Source of the DNA: a virus | Lineage: Duplodnaviria; Caudoviricetes | Strand: one strand, 5' to 3' | Length of the DNA: 55,442 bases | Virus record (IMG/VR): IMGVR_UViG_3300031566_000041 | Coordinates: 1 to 55,442 of that record | Shown here: piece after piece, positions 17,809-26,500 of the stretch | How positions within the stretch are numbered: position 1 is the first letter of the stretch | Layout: the number at the start of each line of letters is the position of its first letter | Made by a program: the position numbers and the translations under genes | Notes under the pieces: generated by a model | Databases searched by the model: none | Seen by the model: only the letters and a program-made list of their open reading frames with translations | What the model was told of the DNA's origin: nothing

Positions 17809-18325
17809 CCAAGACCAGAACACTCCCGACGCGGGCCGGGAGATTTGCAAGAGCGACGCCCAGGAGTTGGACAAGTGGGTCCGCAACGAGAAGGTGCGCG
17901 AGAAGGGCCGTGGCGCGCCCGAGGGAAACTTGCGCGGCATGGAGCATGGCATCTATGCCAGCCGCTTCCTGGCCGAGGACGAGAAGAAGATCTTCGACTC
18001 GATCATTGCGCAGCTTTACAAGGACTTTGTGTTCAACAAGAGTTCGGACTTCATGCAGGTGGAGCTGGTCGCGGTTTACTTCATCAAGCTGAGCCGGGCG
18101 CAGGAGGAGGGCAACTGGGATGCGGCCGAGCGCCTGGACCGGATGATCCGCTGCCACTTGAAGGACCTGAAGACCACCAAGATCACCCGCGAGGGAGAGC
18201 TTCCGAACAAGCGGAGCGCGACCCCGGCGCAGTGGGCCTCCGCCCTGGTCAAGAAGCTGGCGGACGAGAAAAACCCCGAGGCAAAACCAGCCCGCGGGCG
18301 AAAACGCAAAAAAGATGGCGCATAA
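17801..18325 (+). CDS. Putative terminase small subunit
   Basis: GAPEGNLRGMEHGIYA resembles the GAPxGNxNAxKHG motif of TerS-like proteins; basic C-terminus; upstream of TerL. Start uncertain. Confidence 0.6.
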   Translation: MTDQDQNTPDAGREICKSDAQELDKWVRNEKVREKGRGAPEGNLRGMEHGIYASRFLAEDEKKIFDSIIAQLYKDFVFNKSSDFMQVELVAVYFIKLSRAQEEGNWDAAERLDRMIRCHLKDLKTTKITREGELPNKRSATPAQWASALVKKLADEKNPEAKPARGRKRKKDGA

Positions 18326-18458
18326 CCCCGGAGAGCGAAAAATGAAGAGCCGCTTGTTTCAAAGAGTTGCGGAGCAGCGAGAGGGCAAGAAGGGCGCATA
18401 AGACGTGTTCTCTGAAATCCGAGTCAACAGAAATTTCACTGTTTAGGGTCCGCCAACA

Positions 18459-18746
18459 ATGGGACAAGGAAACTTGATGGATAAGACGCGAGCGACAATG
18501 GCCGGGCCGGGACTCCGCGATGACTGGCTGGAGTTCGTCTCCCTGGTTGAACACCGCCTGGAGCAGGGCGCGGTCGAGTATGGCGACTCGACCATGCGCC
18601 GGCCCGCGCTCGAAGTCCTGGACGAGGTGGAGCAGGAGCTACTGGACGTTATGGGCTGGTCGTTCTTCGCCTGGCTGCGGATAAGGCGGCTCAAAGAAAA
18701 GGTGAAAAAAGCGTTGACGGAAATTTCACAAGGGGACGGCGAGTGA
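18459..18746 (+). CDS. Small protein, possible MazG/dNTP-pyrophosphohydrolase-like
   Basis: RLEQGAVEYGD..LDEVEQELLD pattern (G..YG, E..E..D). Start uncertain. Confidence 0.4.
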   Translation: MGQGNLMDKTRATMAGPGLRDDWLEFVSLVEHRLEQGAVEYGDSTMRRPALEVLDEVEQELLDVMGWSFFAWLRIRRLKEKVKKALTEISQGDGE

Positions 18747-18757
18747 AGGCGCGGCGC

Positions 18758-19705
18758 TCACAGGCGCTCGATGGCCTCTTCCAGGACGCCGTCCACGAGG
18801 TGGGTATAGACCTGGGTGGTGGAAAGGTCGCGGTGGCCGAGCGCACGCTGGACCACCAGGATGTCGCCGGTCTTGCTGTAGAGGTGGGTAGCGAAGGTGT
18901 GGCGCAGGGCGTGGGGGCCGATGTGCTTGGCGATCCCGGCGGCTTCGAGCCAGTGTTCGAGCCTGCGGGCGACCTGGCGTGGGCCCAGGCGGGTCTCGCG
19001 GTTGGAGAGGAACAGCGCGGAGCACTCTCCGTTCCCAACGCGGCGGCGCTCGGCGAGATACGAACGGAGCAATGAGCGGAGGTCGGTCTTGAGGAACTTC
19101 AGTTGCGGGACATTGCCCTTGGCGTGGCGGACGCGGAGATGCTTGGCGTCCAGGTCCACGTCATCGAGGTCGAGGTCCACAAGCTCCTGGAGCCGGATGC
19201 CGGTGCCCAGGAATAGCTCGATGATGAGCCGGTCCCTGGTCGCCATTGCCGATGCCTGGCCCCGGAGTTCCTTGAGTAGCCGCTTCTTTTCGGCCTCGGT
19301 GAGGAACACCGGGGGCGTGCGCGGGAGCCGGCGCAGGGTGACCGAGCGGGCCGCGTTCTCCGGGGTCAGGCCGGTGTCCTTGGCCCAGGCGAAGAACGAG
19401 CGGAGCGCGGCCTTGAAGCGGTGCAGGGACGCGGGCGAGCGCGGCTCCCCTTGCGATGTGCGGGCGATATCGGGCGAGGTCAGGGCCTCGTCCAGCATTC
19501 CCGGCGTGATTCGGTCCAGCGAAAGGCCCGGGTGCCTTTCGGTCAGCACCCGGGCCAGGGTCATGAGGTCGCGCTGGTATGCGCTGATGGTGTTCGGGGA
19601 GCGGCCTTGGGCTTCAAGCCTCTGGCTGAAGGCGAGCACCGCCTGCTCAATAGGTTCAGGACTGGGCAGTAGCCTTATCGGACTTGCGTTTCTTTGCGGG
19701 GTCAT
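18758..19705 (-). CDS. XerC/XerD-like tyrosine recombinase
   Basis: SAM-like N-terminal domain (RSPNTISAYQRDL), TGIRLQEL, AKGN, PHALRHTFATH, LGH..STTQVYTH; catalytic set intact. Confidence 0.92.
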   Translation of the reverse strand: MTPQRNASPIRLLPSPEPIEQAVLAFSQRLEAQGRSPNTISAYQRDLMTLARVLTERHPGLSLDRITPGMLDEALTSPDIARTSQGEPRSPASLHRFKAALRSFFAWAKDTGLTPENAARSVTLRRLPRTPPVFLTEAEKKRLLKELRGQASAMATRDRLIIELFLGTGIRLQELVDLDLDDVDLDAKHLRVRHAKGNVPQLKFLKTDLRSLLRSYLAERRRVGNGECSALFLSNRETRLGPRQVARRLEHWLEAAGIAKHIGPHALRHTFATHLYSKTGDILVVQRALGHRDLSTTQVYTHLVDGVLEEAIERL

Positions 19706-20057
19706 CCTGCTCCTCCTTTACGGCGTCCCGGCCCATGGGCGTGTCCTTGGGAAGCGGGAGCTTATCAATCCTTTTGGTCTCCTTGGCCCAGACCAGGAAC
19801 ATGCGCATCACGCGCATGGTCTTGTCCACCGTGGGCTTGGCGCGGGGCTTGCCGTCCGGGAGTTTGAGCAGGTCGTCGGACTTGAAGAACTTGCCCACAT
19901 GCTGGGGCAGGATGGTGTTGAGCTTCCGGTCCGCGCCGAAGTGGGCCTCGATCTGTTCGAAATCCTTGCCGTAAGTGTAAATCGTCCGTTCCTTCTTCCC
20001 CTGGGTCTTGAGGTGCGCGAGGTAAGTTTGCGCGGCCTCATGCAGTGTCTCGGTCAT
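19656..20057 (-). CDS. Stand-alone integrase N-terminal (SAM-like, core-binding) domain protein
   Basis: YLAHLKTQGKKERTIYTYGKDF..TVDKTMRVMRMFLVWA mirrors the N-terminal domain of the adjacent recombinase; no catalytic domain. Confidence 0.7.
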   Translation of the reverse strand: MTETLHEAAQTYLAHLKTQGKKERTIYTYGKDFEQIEAHFGADRKLNTILPQHVGKFFKSDDLLKLPDGKPRAKPTVDKTMRVMRMFLVWAKETKRIDKLPLPKDTPMGRDAVKEEQDDPAKKRKSDKATAQS

Positions 20058-20072
20058 AGTCGGTCTCCTTTC

Positions 20073-20261
20073 TTAGTTTGGGTTCGCGGTGTGTTCGCAC
20101 CGCAGCCTTGCGGCGGTCCGAACCCGGACCTGTCGCCGCGTTTCCTTGTTCACGCCCGTCCATCCGCCGTTCGGATGCTCGGCTTCGAGCCGCACCGGGA
20201 CGAGCTTGCCGGACACCTTGACCAGGTAGGTCCGGCCAACCTCGACGTCCTTTCTTTTCAT
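20073..20261 (-). CDS. Small basic beta-rich hypothetical protein
   Basis: 62 aa, AAGGAGG RBS, first gene of the inverted cassette. Confidence 0.75.
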   Translation of the reverse strand: MKRKDVEVGRTYLVKVSGKLVPVRLEAEHPNGGWTGVNKETRRQVRVRTAARLRCEHTANPN

Positions 20262-20398
20262 GTCTGCCTCCTTTCCGTGGGGTCAATCCCGCGCCGTCCG
20301 ATTATGTCGGCGCATACACATACACGCTTCTATTCAGCCGGAAGTCAAGGCATTTCTGATAGTATTTTCGAGGGCCGGAATACTGGGGAGATGGGGTC

Positions 20399-21925
20399 AT
20401 GGCGGGCCTAAAACCCAGGGACCGCCGTCTGGCGGAAACGCTGATGAACCCGGTCCTGTGGGGCCAGGCTTACCTCAAGAACCGAGACGAGACGCCCCGG
20501 AGCTACTGGCCGCACCAGGCCGAGGACCTGCTCTGCGAGGTCAGGAACATCATCCACCTGGATGGCCGGGACGCGGGCAAGAGCGTGAACATCACCACCG
20601 ACGCGCTCCACTTCGCCTTCATCACCACCGGCGGCCAGGGCCTGATCGCCGCGCCTCACCAGGGCCATCTCGATACCCTGATCGAGGAGATCGAGTTCCA
20701 ACTGGAATCCAACCCGGACCTGATGGACAGCATCGCCATCAGCAAGTACGGCAAGCCCAAGATTCACCGCAAGCCCTACTTCCGGCTGGAGTTCGCCAAC
20801 GGCTCGATCCTTTACTTCCGACCGGCGGGGGCTTACGGCGACTCGTTCCGCTCGCTGCACGTGGACCGGGTCTGGGTTGACGAGGGCGCGTGGCTCTCCG
20901 AGAAAGCGTGGAAGGCCCTGCGCCAGTGCCTCAAGGCCAACGGCAAGCTGCGGATTTACTCGACTCCCAACGGTCTGCGCAACACCACCTATTACCGCCT
21001 CACATCCTCGGACCAGTTCAAGGTCTTCCGCTGGCCCTCGTGGTTGAATCCGGCTTGGAGCGAAGAGCGCGAGTCGGAGCTAATCGAATTCTATGGAGGC
21101 AAGGACACCGCGGGCTGGCAGCATGAGGTCGCGGGTGAACACGGCAAGCCCTCCTACGGCGCGTTCAACATCGAGTACCTGACCCTGTGCCGGCAGGAGC
21201 TATTGGAATACCAGAAGGTGGTGATTACTGGCGACGAGCTAAAGAACTGCGAGACCGAGGATGACTCCTGCGACCGGCTGGAGATGCTCCTCAATCTCAT
21301 GCCGCAGACCGGCACGTTCTGGATCGGCGGCGACCTGGGCTATACCAACGACCCCACCGAGCTCGTGGTCTTCCGGGAGAGCGAAGCCGGCGAGCGGTCG
21401 GTGCTGAAGCTCATTCTGCGCGTCCACATGGAGCACGTGACCTATCCTCACATCGCCCAGGCCATTGCTCTGCTCGAACGATACTTCTCGCCGGTCGGGA
21501 TCGGCGTGGACAACGGCGGCAACGGCCTGGCTGTGGTCCAGGAGCTATTGACGCTCGACAAGTACAAGCCGCTCCAGTTGGAGGGACGGTTGGCCGGGTA
21601 TGACTTCGGCGGAATGACGACCCTGGCGGTGCGGGACGGCCATGAGGTCAAGAAGCGGACCAAGGAGCTGATGACGAGCCTCATCAACGGCGCGCTCCAG
21701 AGGAAGCAACTCATCTTCCCAGCCGATGATATGGAGATCGAGGACCAGTTCACCACGCACACCTACACACTGCGGGACGGCAAGGTGATCTACGGGAAGG
21801 GCAACGACCACATCGTTGACGCGGTGCGTTGCGCCATACTCGCCCGCGAGCAGGGCAACTTGAACGGGGCCGGCCAGGAGACGGTCCACTTGGTGCCGCT
21901 GATGACGGAGCCGGTGTTTATTTAG
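20399..21925 (+). CDS. terL: Terminase large subunit
   Basis: HQ motif, GRDAGKS Walker A, VWVDEG Walker B, STPNG, nuclease domain IGGDLG..DHIVDA. Confidence 0.92.
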   Translation: MAGLKPRDRRLAETLMNPVLWGQAYLKNRDETPRSYWPHQAEDLLCEVRNIIHLDGRDAGKSVNITTDALHFAFITTGGQGLIAAPHQGHLDTLIEEIEFQLESNPDLMDSIAISKYGKPKIHRKPYFRLEFANGSILYFRPAGAYGDSFRSLHVDRVWVDEGAWLSEKAWKALRQCLKANGKLRIYSTPNGLRNTTYYRLTSSDQFKVFRWPSWLNPAWSEERESELIEFYGGKDTAGWQHEVAGEHGKPSYGAFNIEYLTLCRQELLEYQKVVITGDELKNCETEDDSCDRLEMLLNLMPQTGTFWIGGDLGYTNDPTELVVFRESEAGERSVLKLILRVHMEHVTYPHIAQAIALLERYFSPVGIGVDNGGNGLAVVQELLTLDKYKPLQLEGRLAGYDFGGMTTLAVRDGHEVKKRTKELMTSLINGALQRKQLIFPADDMEIEDQFTTHTYTLRDGKVIYGKGNDHIVDAVRCAILAREQGNLNGAGQETVHLVPLMTEPVFI

Positions 21926-22042
21926 CGTTTGGCCCAAGGGCTGCCAGTTAGCCTGGCCTTGGCTACATACCCCTAAAGGCGATCTCATCTCGCGCCGTGG
22001 CGCGAATGTGGCGCTCACAGGGCTAAAACAAGCGAGGTTGCA

Positions 22043-23539
22043 GTGGAAGGGAAAGGACAAATCACGAACGAAGACCTCCTGGCGCAGGGGGTGATTATCG
22101 CGCCGCTGGCATCGGCTGCGGCCCTGGACCCGGCGGTGTTCGCCAAGGTCTCGGCGAACGAGGCCATTCCCGTGACCTGGGAAGACCGGGCGCGGAGGGC
22201 CTGGGAGTATTACGTTGAGGAGCCGCTGGTCAAAAACTGCGTGAACTCCTGGCGAACCTTCGCCGTGGGCGACGAGATTAAAGTCGCCAGCGATGACGCG
22301 GGCGTGAAGGAGGCCGCCAGCGAACTGGCTTACAAGATTAGCGTCTCGGCCTTCGTGAAGGCCATGATCCTGCAACTGCTGGTCAAGGGCGACGCCATCG
22401 GGTTCAAGGGCTACACCAAGGACGGCAAGGACATCGAGGAGGTCGTGTGCGTGAACCCGATCTCGGTCAAGGTCCGGTACGAGAACGGCGAACTGGTCGA
22501 GGCCAAGCAATACCCCGAGGACGCGCCGAGCGCGGGAGACGCCCTGAATCTGCCGGTCAAACAGGTGCTCCACCTCAAATGGGACGCCCCGCCCTTCTCG
22601 CCGCGCGGCAACTCACTGGTGCTCCCCGCGTTCCAGTCCATCGAACTCCTGCGCGACTATCGCCGGGCCGAACAAGCCATTGCCAAGCGCTGGGCCACTC
22701 CCTTCCGGCTGCTCAAGGTCGGCGGCGCTTATGGCCAGAAAATGGTCATGCCCGACCAGACCATGCTGGAGCAGGTCCGGGATATGGTGAACAAGATGGA
22801 CCTGAAGAGCGGGCTGGTGGTCCCATTCTACGTCACGGTCGAGACCCACGGGACCGAAGGCCAAGTCCTCAACGTCGAGGACAAGGTCAAGGAGGTCAAG
22901 GAAGACATCATGGTCGCGCTCGGGCTGTCGCGCACGCTCATCACGGGCGACGGCCCCAACTTCGCCACGGCCTCGGTGAGCCTGCAGAAGATGCTGGTCA
23001 TGATCCGGGAGATCAAGCAGGCCGCCCGCGACATCCTGGCCTGGGTCTTTGACGACTGGATGGAACTCAAGGGGCATAAGGACAAGACCCTCCAGTTTCT
23101 GTTCAACGATCTTGACCCCAGCGACGCGGTGGACGTGAAGCGCCTGCTCATCGAACTCTATGACCGCAAGCTCATCAGCCGGGCGAGCCTGCAGCTGAAG
23201 ATGGACCTCGACCCGGACATCGAGGCGGCCAATAGGGAGAGCGAGAAGAAGTCGGTGGACCTGCTGGATGAGAAGCAGATCAAGCCCATCGTGGACATGG
23301 TCATGGCCGGGATCATGGGCGTGGAGGTCGCGCAGAAGATGCTCGGCCTGGACCCGGCGGCGAACAAGGCGAGCGCATCGGTGGAGGCCGACTATGCCCG
23401 GGCAATCGGTGACGAGGTCTGCGACTCGTGCGCTCACTTCGACGAGGAGAAGAACCATTGCCGGGCGCGGAAATCCGAGACAACTTTTTCTTCACCAGCC
23501 TGCCGCTTCTTCGACGCCCGCATTGCCCCGGCAAGCTGA
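22043..23539 (+). CDS. Portal protein with C-terminal four-Cys motif
   Basis: Position after TerL, ~500 aa, LLVKGDA, VLHLK..SPRGNSL, NFATA motifs. Confidence 0.85.
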   Translation: MEGKGQITNEDLLAQGVIIAPLASAAALDPAVFAKVSANEAIPVTWEDRARRAWEYYVEEPLVKNCVNSWRTFAVGDEIKVASDDAGVKEAASELAYKISVSAFVKAMILQLLVKGDAIGFKGYTKDGKDIEEVVCVNPISVKVRYENGELVEAKQYPEDAPSAGDALNLPVKQVLHLKWDAPPFSPRGNSLVLPAFQSIELLRDYRRAEQAIAKRWATPFRLLKVGGAYGQKMVMPDQTMLEQVRDMVNKMDLKSGLVVPFYVTVETHGTEGQVLNVEDKVKEVKEDIMVALGLSRTLITGDGPNFATASVSLQKMLVMIREIKQAARDILAWVFDDWMELKGHKDKTLQFLFNDLDPSDAVDVKRLLIELYDRKLISRASLQLKMDLDPDIEAANRESEKKSVDLLDEKQIKPIVDMVMAGIMGVEVAQKMLGLDPAANKASASVEADYARAIGDEVCDSCAHFDEEKNHCRARKSETTFSSPACRFFDARIAPAS

Positions 23540-23551
23540 TCGGAGTCGTCC

Positions 23552-26500
23552 GTGCTGTCCGCCCTCGCCATTAAGACACCCCTGACCCAGGCCGAGGCCA
23601 TCCGCCAGGCCACGGCGCGGAGCGTCAAAGCCAGGAACCTATACACCGAGCAGGTGGCGAGCGATCTCTCCGGCATCCTGGCCGACGCCGAGGACGAGGT
23701 CCGCAAGGTCATCCTGCATTACAAGACCCTTGGTTCGCTCCCGGACAACAAGCTCGCGGCGGTCCAGGGCTTGAAGAAGCTTGAAGCCGACCTCCAGCAG
23801 ATCACCAGCACGCTCCGCAAGGAGCAGACGCTCCGGTTCAAGAAGGCGACGAAGGCTTCCTTCCGCCAGGGCATCTATCGCGGTATTGACGAGTTCGCTT
23901 CGGCCCAGCTGCCCTTTTACCGCGACCTCAAGCCCGAGGGCATTGATAAGCTCTCCACCAAGGTCTTTACGCTGGTGGACACCGACGCGCTCGACTTCAT
24001 GGCCAACTACAACCTGGTCCTGGCCGGCGACGTGAACCGCGAGTTGGCGGACGGGATCAAGCGCGTGGTCTTCTCCGGGGTCGCCACGGGCAAGGGCGTG
24101 GAGGACATTGTCCGCGACCTGGGCCACGTGGTGAAAGACCCGGAGTCCTTCCGGCACGCGGGATCGAAGGTGTTCAGCAAGGCCCAGTACCGGATGGAAC
24201 TCATCGCCCGCACCGAGGTGCTCCGCGCCCACAACCAGGGCCGGATCAAGTTCCACAAACACGTGGGCGTGAAGAAGCTCGAATGGATGACAATGGACGA
24301 TGAGCGGGTGTGTCCGGTGTGCGGCCCGCTCGACGGCAAGGTCTTTTTGATTGACCGCTTCCCCCAGCAGCCCGCGCACCCCAACTGCCGGTGCACCAAC
24401 ATCGTGGCCTGGCCCATCAACATCTGCGGGAGCGAACTCATCGCCGTGGCCGCGGACGAACCAGCCGCGTGCATCATCCCGCCCGAGGGAATCGAGGGCC
24501 AGGCGCTCGCCAAGGCCCGCGAGGACTCCAAGCTCAAGGCCGCGTTCGAGAAAGGCGAGATCGGCGACCTCCAAGCCCTCACCGCCAAGCAACTCCAGAC
24601 TCTGGCCAAGCAGAACGGTGTGTCCATCGCCCGCACCAAGGCCGACTTCATCAAGCTCTTGGATCAGGCCGAGCCGGGCATTGAACACGGGGACCTCTCC
24701 GGCCAGGCGCTCCAGGCCAAGATCAAGGAATACAAGATCGGCCTGCTGCGCACCAAGGAGGACCTGGTCAAGCTCCTGGCCGAGAAGCAGGCCGCGCTCA
24801 AGCAGGCCCAGCAGATAACCGACCAGCTGAAGAAGGTTCCCGCGCCAGGCGGTCTCCAGGGTCTCTCGGTGAACGACCTCAAGGACATCGCCAAGGACAA
24901 GGGCGTTTCGCTCAACATGACCAAGCAGGACGTGATCGAACTCCTGGACGAGATCGAGCCGGGCGTGGACCACTCCGGCCTCCAGGGACAAGACCTCATC
25001 GCCGCCAAAGAGAAGCATTCCATCGGCCCGCTCAAAAACAAGCAGCAACTAGTCAAAGCCATCGAGAAGTCCGCCGGCCAGGACCTGGCCGAGAAGACCA
25101 AGCAGGAAGCGCTCGACTCGGCGCAGAAGGAAAAGGTCAAGAAGGCCAAGGAGACCATCGAGCAGGCGGCCTCCAAGGTGATCGTGCCCAAGTCGCCCGC
25201 TGGCTATAACGATTTCCTCGCGGCGGCCAAGGAAGCCGAATCCGCGCTCGCCCAGGGTGCGGGCTTGCCGCAGGAGATGCTGGAGTCCAACGCCAAGGAG
25301 CTCGCGCTCAAGAAGAAGCTCTTCCAGGACCAGGTCGCGGCCATGAAATCGGGCGACCTCAAGACCCTGGCCAAGGACACCAAGCTCAAGCACTGGCAGT
25401 GGGCGAACAAGGACGAGATGGTCACGCTGTTCACCGAGACCGACCCGGCCAAGGTGGAGGCGGCCAAGGCCAGCATCGAAGCCAAGCACGGGGCCTGGGC
25501 CGAGAAGCACGGCGGCAAGAAAGCTCCGACCGCGCCCAGTCCGCCAGTTAAAACTCGTCCAGCGCCTGCGCCTTCTCCTCCCGAGCCGTCCCCACCAGAG
25601 CCGCCGGTCTTCACCAAGAAGGGATCGGAGTTCGAGGACGCGGACCAGGCTTGGGAGAAAAAGGGCAAGCCCGGCAACTTCAAGCCCGCAGGCAAGGCCG
25701 AGGTCGGCGGCGCGCACACCAAGGAGTTCTGGGTAGACGAGAGCGGGGCCAAGTGGCTGTTCAAGCCGATTGAAAAATCCGGCGACGAGTTCATCGCCCA
25801 GGGCGAGGAGGCGGCCTACCAGATCGGGCGGCTGATTGACCCGGACGCCGTCGAAGTGCGGACCATCAACTTGAACGGCAAGCTCGGCTCGATCCAGAAG
25901 TGGCATACCGATCTTCAGGCCAAGGGCGATTTCTCGGACGTGGACCCGACCCAGCTGACGACCACCGAACTGGAACAGATTCAACGCGAGCACGTGGTGG
26001 ACTGGCTCGTCTCCAACCATGATGGCCACTCGAAGCAGTTCCTGCGGGCGCGGAGCGGCAAGGTCTACGGCATTGACAAGGGGCAACTCTTCAAGCACCT
26101 GGGGGAGGACAAGCTCTCCATTGACTACCACCCTAACGGCAAGTTCGGCGAGCAGGAGCCTTACTACAACACGGTCTTCCGCGCGGTCAAGCAGGGCAAG
26201 GTCAAGGCCGATCCCTCGGTCACGCTCCGCTACATCCGTGAGGTCGAAAAGATTGCAGACGATGACTACCTGGCGCTACTCAAGCCCTATGCCGATGGCC
26301 GCTTCGGTAAAAACGAGGCCAAGAAAAAAGCTTTCCTCGATCTGGCGCTGGAGCGCAAGCGCAACCTGCGCCGGGATTTTGAGGGGTTCTATGCCGACGT
26401 GCTGGGCAAGAAGGGCTTTCGCTTCGAGGACGCGGCTGCGGCCCTCCCCAAGAAAGGCCGCCTCGGTCCAGCCGAGGAAAAGCTCATCGAGGAAGTGAGG

